Shown: piece by piece, positions 10,004 to 18,314 of the stretch
Position numbering within the stretch: position 1 is the first letter of the stretch
How the letters are laid out: each line of letters begins with the position of its first letter
Origin: a virus
Lineage: Duplodnaviria; Caudoviricetes
DNA length: 53,593 nt
IMG/VR virus record: IMGVR_UViG_3300006802_015709
Location: 1 to 53,593 of that record
Reading direction: 5' to 3' (one strand)
Translations under genes and position numbers: made by a program
The notes under the pieces: generated by a model
Told to the model about the DNA's origin: nothing
Seen by the model: the letters and a program-made list of their open reading frames with translations, nothing else
Database searches by the model: none

Positions 10004-11356
10004 GTGAGAATAATTGAGAGTATACCGGAACTAGAGAACTTCAAAGATGAGTTAGCTAAGTCTAGGAGCTTTTGGATTCCAATCTATTCAGACCAATATC
10101 AGCATTACGTAAACACCCGATTATCATTCTTATACATTTATTTAATTGATTTAGATGATGCTTATATAGTACCATTCAATCATAAAGATTGTATATGCCT
10201 GGAAATCGAACGTCTACGTGAACTTACCTCGCCACGTGATATCTATGTATTAAACAAGAAACGATTTATACATTTCTATTCAAACGAAGTCTATGACGCT
10301 GATTTGGTATCTTATTGGCAAACGAATTTATCGTTGGATTTAGAAGATACGGAAACTCCGGCTCATGCATGGTTTGCCAAATGGTATCACAATGAAACCA
10401 ATATCAATGATATCATACCAATAACTCGACATTATGAGAGATGTGGTGATATTGTGAAGAAGTTCATGAAGTCATACAACACGTTCAGTAAAGATGATTT
10501 GTTTGTGATATACGACCATATGGTAATAGATAATTTGTATTCTATTGAACAATCTGGATTGCAAGTTGATTATCCTAAATTCTTAGAATCATTTAAAACT
10601 AACAATCTATTCCGCAATACAGCTTATACAGAATACAATATATATACATCCACCGGAAGGCCTTCTAATAAATTTGGAGGAGTAAATTATGCTGCTTTGA
10701 ATAAAGAAGATGGTTGCCGAAAGTCATTCGTATCTAGATATTCAGCTGGAATGCTTATTGAAATGGATTATGATTCATATCACTTACGGTTAATGGCTAA
10801 ACTGATAGGATATGAGTTGCCAAAGGAATCCATACATGCTTATTTTGGTAAGCATTATTTTGGCACGGATAATCTGAGTCCGGAACAGTATGAGGAAAGC
10901 AAACAGATAACGTTCCGGCAACTATATGGAAGAGTGGATGACAAATATGCACATATAGAATTCTTTCAAAACACAAGCAAATTCATTGAAGAATTATATC
11001 AATCGTTTCATACCAACGGATATATTGCAACACCATTGTTTGGAAGGCGTATTACGAAATCTGCTAATCCAGGAATGACAGCAACCAAATTATTCAATTA
11101 TTATTTGCAAGCAACAGAAACGGAATACAGTATATCATCCATACAAGCAGTTAATGAAGTGTTACAAAATCGTAATAGCAAACTAATACTATATACTTAT
11201 GATTCTCTGCTATTTGATTATGATATGCGCGATGGTAAAGAATGTATTATTGAACTAAAAGAAGCAATGAGTAATAGCGGAGACTTTCCAGTTAAGATCA
11301 AAGCTGGCGCCAATTTACATGATATGATTGACGTTACCGGTAAAGTATTGGTTTAG
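10004..11356 (+). CDS. Divergent family A DNA polymerase-like protein
   Basis: TSTGRPSN; motif A-like MDYDSYHLRL; motif B-like SKQITFRQLYG; FNYYLQATETE; motif C-like LYTYDSLLFD. Confidence 0.8.
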   Translation: MRIIESIPELENFKDELAKSRSFWIPIYSDQYQHYVNTRLSFLYIYLIDLDDAYIVPFNHKDCICLEIERLRELTSPRDIYVLNKKRFIHFYSNEVYDADLVSYWQTNLSLDLEDTETPAHAWFAKWYHNETNINDIIPITRHYERCGDIVKKFMKSYNTFSKDDLFVIYDHMVIDNLYSIEQSGLQVDYPKFLESFKTNNLFRNTAYTEYNIYTSTGRPSNKFGGVNYAALNKEDGCRKSFVSRYSAGMLIEMDYDSYHLRLMAKLIGYELPKESIHAYFGKHYFGTDNLSPEQYEESKQITFRQLYGRVDDKYAHIEFFQNTSKFIEELYQSFHTNGYIATPLFGRRITKSANPGMTATKLFNYYLQATETEYSISSIQAVNEVLQNRNSKLILYTYDSLLFDYDMRDGKECIIELKEAMSNSGDFPVKIKAGANLHDMIDVTGKVLV

Positions 11357-11390
11357 GTCGATATTTATTTAAAACGTAAACTAGGCCGGA

Positions 11391-12359
11391 ATGAATATTA
11401 ATGACGATGTAATACGTGAATGGTTTTATCGACTACCAAAAGGTTATGCAGAAGCTCCTTATTCAGAATCAGAATTGTCAGTATTAGCGGATGTAATTGC
11501 TGAACATGATGCCACTATAAAAAAGGTTATACCAGAAGCAGTGGAGTTGGTTACTGAGGAAGATGAAGTTGATGATGTACAACCTTCCACTGAAACTAAA
11601 CCATTAGGAATAAATGCTAGTGATTGGAGTGAAATATTAATCCAAATCTCAAATGCTAAATCTAAATTAAATGAAATAGCTATATTAGCACAAGCGACAA
11701 TGGACCATTATACACCAACATGGGCTAAACCATTAGGATTTAATGATGCAGGATTTATGATATTTAAAAATTGGAAATCATATGCTGATAAATACTTAGA
11801 AAATTTAGGACAATCCAGTACTGGAATATCTGCTGGTCTTCTAGTTGAATATGCTATATCACAACTTGCTACAGAAAAAGGACTAGATGTAGCTGAACTT
11901 GCAGGAGCAGGAGCAACTCGAAAAGGTGTTGATGTTATAATCGCAGGAGATGATATAGAAGTAAAGTCTAGCCAAAAGCCATCGGCAGTTAACTTGCAGC
12001 TGCAAACGTCATTTCCTAAAGATAATCCTGATGCATATTATATAGTAGCTTCTGGTACTAGCACTAACGATTTAAATCTTTTGTTAGTTAATTCGCAACT
12101 TTTACGACGGGCGCTGTTAGGTGAAGAATTATATGATACAAAGATTAATGCGGCTGCATTGGAAAAAGCAATAGATAATGTATTAGCTAGTTATAATCTT
12201 AAGGATTTACTTTTAAAATCAATTGCTGGGGATGATACATCAGAAATTAAAAAGGCATATTCATTAGGAAATGGTGTTGCTATTAATTTCAAAGTATTCT
12301 TTTCAATTAATTCACTACGCGATTTAGAATCAGCTGCCAAAGCTAATAACAAAGGGTAA
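11391..12359 (+). CDS. Hypothetical protein with probable C-terminal PD-(D/E)XK nuclease fold
   Basis: G.LVEYAI...GVDVII...IEVKSS pattern; N-terminal REWFYRLPKGYA module; late motif at 11361. Confidence 0.45.
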   Translation: MNINDDVIREWFYRLPKGYAEAPYSESELSVLADVIAEHDATIKKVIPEAVELVTEEDEVDDVQPSTETKPLGINASDWSEILIQISNAKSKLNEIAILAQATMDHYTPTWAKPLGFNDAGFMIFKNWKSYADKYLENLGQSSTGISAGLLVEYAISQLATEKGLDVAELAGAGATRKGVDVIIAGDDIEVKSSQKPSAVNLQLQTSFPKDNPDAYYIVASGTSTNDLNLLLVNSQLLRRALLGEELYDTKINAAALEKAIDNVLASYNLKDLLLKSIAGDDTSEIKKAYSLGNGVAINFKVFFSINSLRDLESAAKANNKG

Positions 12360-12362
12360 TGA

Positions 12363-12749
12363 GTGAGGCCACAACTGCTATGTACATTTGCACATCGCAA
12401 TGATTTAAATATCATTATAGATTATGTCACGGCCTCTTACACAATACCAGAGAATAGATTGTTTGTGTTTAGTAATGCAGATACCCCAGATGATTTATAC
12501 ATAACATTTAATATAGAACCAGGTGCAGCTAAAAGAACTAGCAATACAATATCAATACACCGTAAAAAAGAAACCAATACATTATATACAGTTAACGCAT
12601 TGAATGCAGTTGTAAAATCATGTAACAATGGAGTTTTAGATAAAAGTTTCATTATCGATTGGAATCGTTACAAAAATTCCTTATTATTAACAGCCGAGGA
12701 TGAATTACGGCATATTAGATTGGATTTTTATAGGCGCGTGAATTTGTAA
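12363..12749 (+). CDS. Conserved phage hypothetical protein
   Basis: QLLCTF...TISIHRKKETNTLYTVNALN...NNGVLDKSF.IDW..YKNSLLLT; GTG start. Confidence 0.75.
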   Translation: MRPQLLCTFAHRNDLNIIIDYVTASYTIPENRLFVFSNADTPDDLYITFNIEPGAAKRTSNTISIHRKKETNTLYTVNALNAVVKSCNNGVLDKSFIIDWNRYKNSLLLTAEDELRHIRLDFYRRVNL

Positions 12750-12796
12750 CGCAAACATATTTATAAACGAATACTATTAATAACAGGAAACACCGA

Positions 12797-13273
12797 ATGG
12801 CAAATTTAAAATCACAATACCGAAGATTATTTGAAGGAAGAACATCCTCTAATGATAGTGCTTTACTTCGAGAGGATGCAAAATCAGATTTCGAGAGCAT
12901 GGAGTTTGGTAAGCAATTAAAGAAAGAATTTGACGCAGATAAATCATATGAAAGTGATATTGCGCGTCAGTTTGATATGCTATTAGCAGCACATGTGCGC
13001 GCTCATGATGAATTTCCTGACGAATATGAAGAATTCGAAGCGTTAGATAATTTAAGTGATGATCTTCGCAAAATACCATATAATCAGGAAGGACTTTCTG
13101 GAGAATGGGCAGATCCTTATTATAAAGGTATGAGCCTAAATAATATGCCAAATGAAATAGGTGGCCTAAGCGATTTAGTTGATGAAGGAGCTCCAGATGA
13201 GGTGCTAGCACAATATCTACCAACGATGTACCAAAGCGCCGCACGACTTGGACCATATGGATATGATATATAA
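12797..13273 (+). CDS. Acidic hypothetical protein (possible internal head protein)
   Basis: Late motif at 12757; LFE and LLRE motifs near the N-terminus. Confidence 0.65.
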   Translation: MANLKSQYRRLFEGRTSSNDSALLREDAKSDFESMEFGKQLKKEFDADKSYESDIARQFDMLLAAHVRAHDEFPDEYEEFEALDNLSDDLRKIPYNQEGLSGEWADPYYKGMSLNNMPNEIGGLSDLVDEGAPDEVLAQYLPTMYQSAARLGPYGYDI

Positions 13274-13289
13274 CAAAAGAAAACACCGA

Positions 13290-13697
13290 ATGAAAAAACC
13301 ATTACTAGATACATTTAAACGCATTGGCGGAAAGCTCAATGAAGCATATGCATGGGAACGTCAACCAGGCAAACCATTACCAACAATAAAAGACGTTGCC
13401 GCAGCACATCAATCTAAATCATTGCGAGAAGCCGACGAAGATGGAAAGCCATGGGAATCGAGTGATGGATGGGATGAATATTGGTTTGAGGATACAGGTG
13501 TAATGGAAGTATTAGATCTAGCCCAGAGAATTCAATATGAAATTAAGAATGCTAGACGTGGGTCCTATGCCATCGATGAAGATAGTATATTTGCAATGAA
13601 AGATGCACTAGTCGAGATTCAGGAAATGCTTCGTGATGCAATTGATAACATTGAGGCTGAGATTCCAGATGATATGTCAGATCCATATTATAATTGA
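13290..13697 (+). CDS. Acidic hypothetical protein (possible internal head protein)
   Basis: Start reassigned to ATG 13290, which shares the AAACACCGA-ATG context of 12797; LNE and LRE motifs. Confidence 0.65.
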   Translation: MKKPLLDTFKRIGGKLNEAYAWERQPGKPLPTIKDVAAAHQSKSLREADEDGKPWESSDGWDEYWFEDTGVMEVLDLAQRIQYEIKNARRGSYAIDEDSIFAMKDALVEIQEMLRDAIDNIEAEIPDDMSDPYYN

Positions 13698-13712
13698 TCG
13701 ACATACCAAATA

Positions 13713-13737
13713 AATTAACAATTAACAATTAACAATT
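13713..13737 (+). repeat. Tandem heptamer (AATTAAC) x3.5 upstream of the SSB gene
   Basis: AATTAAC AATTAAC AATTAAC AATT read directly. Confidence 0.8.
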
Positions 13738-13834
13738 TTTTTCAATACTTTTTTACAATTCATTAGGATTCGTGAAAGAAAGTATTTATATTACCAATTA
13801 ATTATTAACCATTAACAAAAAAAAGGATTAAAAA

Positions 13835-14596
13835 ATGGCAATTAATTTAGATGCAATCCGAAGCAAACTTGACAAGCTTCAAAATCAGACAACCAAGCAA
13901 AACAACCTTTGGAAGCCTGAACCTGGTAAGCAACAAATCAGAATCGTTCCTTATCAGCACAACAAAGAAAATCCATTCCTGGAAATGCATTTTCATTACG
14001 ACTTAGCTAAGCGTAATTATTTATCACCAATGACATATGGTCGTCCTGATCCGGTAATTGAATTCGCTGAAAAGCTAAAGTCATCTGGTAATTCCGATGA
14101 ATGGAAGCTAGGTAAGAAAATGGAACCTAAGATGCGTACTTATGTACCTATTGTTGTACGTGGTAAAGAATCTGAAGGTGTTAAGTTTTGGGGCTTTGGA
14201 AAAACAGTTTATACTGAACTATTAGGATTTATCGCAGATCCTGATTATGGTGATATTACGGATCCAATGAACGGCCGTGATATTAGTGTAGAATTTACGC
14301 CATCTGATTCTCCAGGAACATATCCTAAGACAGCAATTCGTGTAAAACCTAATACATCTCCAATAACTGAAGATCGTAATATCGCTGAACTAATAGCTAG
14401 CAAGCAACCAAATATCTCGGATATCTTCAAAGAGCCTACTTATGAGGAACTAGAGAAGGCTTTAGAGAATTGGTTGAATCCTGAAGAAGGAGAAGAGGCT
14501 AGTACGTCACAAGCATCAAATGATACTGCACAACCAGCTCCAGCTAGTAAAGTTGATAATGTTGCAGATGCATTTGATGAATTGTTCAACAATTAA
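13835..14596 (+). CDS. Single-stranded DNA-binding protein (T4 gp32-like)
   Basis: WKP..GKQ.IRIVP, GVKFWGFGKTVY, DYGDITDP..GRDI motifs; acidic C-terminal tail ending FDELFNN. Confidence 0.85.
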   Translation: MAINLDAIRSKLDKLQNQTTKQNNLWKPEPGKQQIRIVPYQHNKENPFLEMHFHYDLAKRNYLSPMTYGRPDPVIEFAEKLKSSGNSDEWKLGKKMEPKMRTYVPIVVRGKESEGVKFWGFGKTVYTELLGFIADPDYGDITDPMNGRDISVEFTPSDSPGTYPKTAIRVKPNTSPITEDRNIAELIASKQPNISDIFKEPTYEELEKALENWLNPEEGEEASTSQASNDTAQPAPASKVDNVADAFDELFNN

Positions 14597-14615
14597 TTTA
14601 TAGAAAAGGTTATAA

Positions 14616-15755
14616 ATGGCTAAAACAAAGCAAGAACAAACTGATGATCTGGCCGGAGAGTTAGCAGCTGCATTGAATAGTAAATTTAAAAATACTAATC
14701 ATAAAACAGCTTTCTTTCTAGACGGAGATACCGATACACCAGCTGATGTAAAAGGCTGGGTTGGTACCGGTTCATCAATGCTTGATCTCGCTATATCAAA
14801 TCGACCTAACGGTGGATTTCCAGTTGGCCGTATAACAGAAATTACAGGTCTAGAAGCATCGGGTAAGTCATTATTGGCTGCCCATGCTCTAGCCAATACT
14901 CAAAAGCAAGGTGGAATGGCAGTGTATATAGATACAGAAAATGCTATTAGCCGAGAGTTTTTAGAAGCTATTGGATTGGACTTGCAAAAACTGTTATATG
15001 TTCCATTGGAGACGGTTGAGGATATATTCGAGGCGATTGAGAGTATTATCGCATCTGTTCGTAAATCTAATAAGGATCGTCTGGTTACAATTGTTGTGGA
15101 TTCTGTAATGGGAGCATCAACAAAACCAGAAATGGAAAAAGAATACGATAAGGATGGTTATGCAACTCAGAAAGCAATTATCTTATCTAAAGGTATGCGA
15201 AAGCTAACCAACATGATTGGCCGTGAAAAGATCTGTCTATTGTTTACTAACCAATTACGTACGCGATTGGGAGTAAGTTTTGGTGATCCATGGACAACTT
15301 CTGGTGGTAAAGCAATTCCGTTTCATTCTTCAGTAAGATTAAGATTGAAATCAATCGGACAAATCAAAATGAAAGTCAAAGGAATTGATCAAATCATAGG
15401 TATCAAAACACGAGCTCAGGTTATTAAAAACAGAATGGGACCACCATTGAAATCAATTGATTATGAAATATATTTCGAATCAGGTATTGATGATTTTGGT
15501 GGATGGTTACATGTCATGAAGGATCATAAAATTGTTAAGCAAGCTGGCGCTTGGTACACGTATACTACTGATGCTGGAGATGACGTTAAGTTCCAGTCTA
15601 AGGATTTCGAGAAACTAGTTACTGCAGATGATGAGCTGCGTGATGAAATCTACAAGAAAATTTGTGATTCATATATCTTTACTTATAAACCAGGTGAGGA
15701 TATTGGTATTGATGATGTTTCCGTTGATGAAGAATTTGTAAATGAAGAAGGATAG
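14616..15755 (+). CDS. recA: RecA/UvsX recombinase
   Basis: GRITEITGLEASGKS Walker A, IVVDSV Walker B, FTNQLR, TTSGGKAIPFHSSVRL, KNRMGPP. Confidence 0.95.
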   Translation: MAKTKQEQTDDLAGELAAALNSKFKNTNHKTAFFLDGDTDTPADVKGWVGTGSSMLDLAISNRPNGGFPVGRITEITGLEASGKSLLAAHALANTQKQGGMAVYIDTENAISREFLEAIGLDLQKLLYVPLETVEDIFEAIESIIASVRKSNKDRLVTIVVDSVMGASTKPEMEKEYDKDGYATQKAIILSKGMRKLTNMIGREKICLLFTNQLRTRLGVSFGDPWTTSGGKAIPFHSSVRLRLKSIGQIKMKVKGIDQIIGIKTRAQVIKNRMGPPLKSIDYEIYFESGIDDFGGWLHVMKDHKIVKQAGAWYTYTTDAGDDVKFQSKDFEKLVTADDELRDEIYKKICDSYIFTYKPGEDIGIDDVSVDEEFVNEEG

Positions 15756-16803
15756 GTTTCAAGAGATATTGGCTGAAATCAATAACGATAAGTTAGAACA
15801 GGAAGGCCAAAATCAAAATAGTCATATTATGGTAGTGGATGGACTTAACATGTTTATCCGAGTATTCTCAGCAATACCATCCTTAAATGATGATGGAGAC
15901 CATATTGGTGGTGTTGTCGGATTTCTGCGGTCATTAGCTGCAGTTATCCGGCAGCATAAGCCAACGCGTTGCATTGTGGTATTTGATGGTAAAGGTGGTT
16001 CAGCTCGACGCCGAAAAATATATCCAGACTACAAGGCAAACCGAGCTGTTAAAACAAGACTCAATCGTCATGAAGAATTTGATAATATTGAAGATGAACA
16101 AGCTTCGATGCGACGACAATTTTCTCGAATGATTGAGTATCTAAATCTACTACCATTAACAGTTATGGCTATAGATAATATCGAGGCAGATGATGCAATA
16201 GCATATATTGCAAATGAGATTTATACAAAGGCAAGTCAGAAGGTTACTATAGTATCAACGGATAGAGACTTCCTGCAATTAGTTAATAATCGAATTCAGG
16301 TGTGGAGTCCGGTTAAAAAGAAACTATATACACCTGAGGTTGTTGTGCAAGAGACAGATATCCATTGTGATAACTATCTTCTGTACAGAACGTTTAGTGG
16401 GGATATATCAGACAATATACCAGGAGTTGATGGTGTAGGGTTAAAAACACTTATAAAAAACTATCCAATGTTACAAACACAAAAAATGTCATTGGATGAA
16501 ATCAAAGAATATACAGCAGATCAAGTAAATAATAGCAAGCTTAAAATATATCAAAAAGTACAAGCTGGAATTGATTCCGGTATACTAGATCGTAATTATC
16601 GATTAATGCAATTGCAGGAAGTTGATATCTCTGGCTCAGCAAAAATGCTGATATTAGATAAAACGAGAGAAACGGTGCACTGTACAAATATACTAGAGTT
16701 TAAAAAGTTATTCATGCTTGATAAATTATACACGTCTATTAAAGATGTTGATAGTTGGATGCTAAACTCTTTTAATTCATTAAATGCTTATGCAAGCATT
16801 TGA
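15742..16803 (+). CDS. 5'-3' exonuclease / T4 RNase H-like flap endonuclease
   Basis: VDGLN, VVFDG, YPDYKANR, EADDAIA, STDRDFLQL, GDISDNIPGVDGVGLKT. Confidence 0.93.
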   Translation: MKKDRFQEILAEINNDKLEQEGQNQNSHIMVVDGLNMFIRVFSAIPSLNDDGDHIGGVVGFLRSLAAVIRQHKPTRCIVVFDGKGGSARRRKIYPDYKANRAVKTRLNRHEEFDNIEDEQASMRRQFSRMIEYLNLLPLTVMAIDNIEADDAIAYIANEIYTKASQKVTIVSTDRDFLQLVNNRIQVWSPVKKKLYTPEVVVQETDIHCDNYLLYRTFSGDISDNIPGVDGVGLKTLIKNYPMLQTQKMSLDEIKEYTADQVNNSKLKIYQKVQAGIDSGILDRNYRLMQLQEVDISGSAKMLILDKTRETVHCTNILEFKKLFMLDKLYTSIKDVDSWMLNSFNSLNAYASI

Positions 16804-16827
16804 TATTTGAAAAATTTATTATATAAT
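16799..16827 (+). promoter_or_regulatory. Putative host-RNAP (Bacteroidota-like) promoter TTTG-N19-TATAAT
   Basis: One of about 8 copies with the same 19-20 nt spacing, each just before a gene start. Confidence 0.5.
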
Positions 16828-16833
16828 TGATGT

Positions 16834-18189
16834 ATGACCGATCGCTTAGCTAATTTTGGATATACATTCCAAATCAAAGTAATAACATCCTTATTGGCAG
16901 ATAAAGTATTTATGCAGCAGATATCTGATATCTTGTTGCCTACCTATTTTGAATCAGAAGCAAACCAATGGATAGTTGATACTATATTGGAATATGGACA
17001 GGAGTATAAATCATCTCCAACTCTTGAAGTAATGAAAGTCAAGCTTGAAGATGTAGATAATGATATACTTAAAACTCAGATCGTAGATCATTTAAAAGAT
17101 GCATGGAAGTATGTAGGTGCAGAAGATTTAGAGTTTATTAAAGAACAAGCTATTAATTTTTGCCGTAATCAAGAAATTAAAAAAGCTATATTAGATTCAG
17201 TACCACTATTAAATAAAGGTGAGTATGAGGCTATTAAAGGTAAGATTGACACTGCTTTAAAGGCAGGTGGTGATAAAGATATAGGACACGAATATATGAC
17301 TAGTATAGATGAACGATATACAGAATCGGTTAGATTTCCTCAAGAAACCCCATGGGATGTTATTAACGATTTAACAGATGGTGGTTTAGGAAAAGGGGAA
17401 TTAGGAGTAATGGTTGCTCCTGCAGGTATTGGTAAGTCTTGGGCGTTAATGAATATCGGAGCACATAATGTTAAAAAAGGCAAAACTGTATTGCATTATA
17501 CATTAGAGCTTAATGAGGCATATGTTGGTCTTCGGTATGATTCAGTTATAACCGGCATTGCAAATCAAAATCTTAAGCATTATCAAGATGAGGTAAAAGA
17601 GAAATTATCTAAGATTGAAGGTGAATTAATTATCAAATACTATCCAACTAAAACAGTATCAGTATTAGGTATCAAATCACATGTTGAAAAATGCATAATG
17701 CAAGGAAAGAAACCAGATGTGGTAATTGTAGATTATGCCGATTTGCTACGAGGACACGGTCAAGAGAAACGACATGAACTAGAAGGTATTTATGAAGACC
17801 TTAGAGGACTAGCAGGGGAATATGAAATACCAGTCTGGACCGCATCGCAAGCGAATCGGTCAGCTCTCGAGGAAGATATAATTGGAGCGGATAAGATTGC
17901 AGAATCATATGGTAAAGTAATGGTAGCTGATTTCATTATATCACTATCTAGAAAGGTAACAGATAAATTAGCTGGTACTGGTAGATGGCACGTAATTAAA
18001 AATCGATTCGGTCCTGATGGTATTACATTGCCAAGTAAAATGAATACATCTAACGGGCAATTTGACATCTATAATGATAATTCAGTACAAGGTAAAGATA
18101 CTCAGAAACAAATGTCTAATGGAAATGAATTAGCAAGGAAGATGTTGTCTCAAAAATTTAAGGAAATTAAGAGCGGCGATTTTGGATAA
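16834..18189 (+). CDS. Replicative DnaB/gp41-like helicase
   Basis: APAGIGKS Walker A, YTLEL, IVDYADLL, WTASQANR, KNRFG. Confidence 0.93.
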   Translation: MTDRLANFGYTFQIKVITSLLADKVFMQQISDILLPTYFESEANQWIVDTILEYGQEYKSSPTLEVMKVKLEDVDNDILKTQIVDHLKDAWKYVGAEDLEFIKEQAINFCRNQEIKKAILDSVPLLNKGEYEAIKGKIDTALKAGGDKDIGHEYMTSIDERYTESVRFPQETPWDVINDLTDGGLGKGELGVMVAPAGIGKSWALMNIGAHNVKKGKTVLHYTLELNEAYVGLRYDSVITGIANQNLKHYQDEVKEKLSKIEGELIIKYYPTKTVSVLGIKSHVEKCIMQGKKPDVVIVDYADLLRGHGQEKRHELEGIYEDLRGLAGEYEIPVWTASQANRSALEEDIIGADKIAESYGKVMVADFIISLSRKVTDKLAGTGRWHVIKNRFGPDGITLPSKMNTSNGQFDIYNDNSVQGKDTQKQMSNGNELARKMLSQKFKEIKSGDFG

Positions 18190-18229
18190 AAAAACTTAAC
18201 TTTATTAACTCAAAATATAGCGTATTAGT

Positions 18230-18277
18230 GATGCGCGTTCATATTTATATAAGAATTCATAAATATCGAGGCGCGTC
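18230..18277 (+). promoter_or_regulatory. Imperfect hairpin containing the late motif, upstream of nrdJ
   Basis: GATGCGCGTTCATATTTAT-(10 nt)-ATAAATATCGAGGCGCGTC. Confidence 0.55.
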
Positions 18278-18314
18278 GGTTATTAAATAATCATTAAAAA
18301 AATTAAGGTCGTAA

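Noticed and set aside
18190-18314. Cobalamin riboswitch or NrdR box before the B12-dependent nrdJ
   Set aside because: The region is too short and AT-rich, with no recognisable B12-box or NrdR consensus; only a simple hairpin is present.
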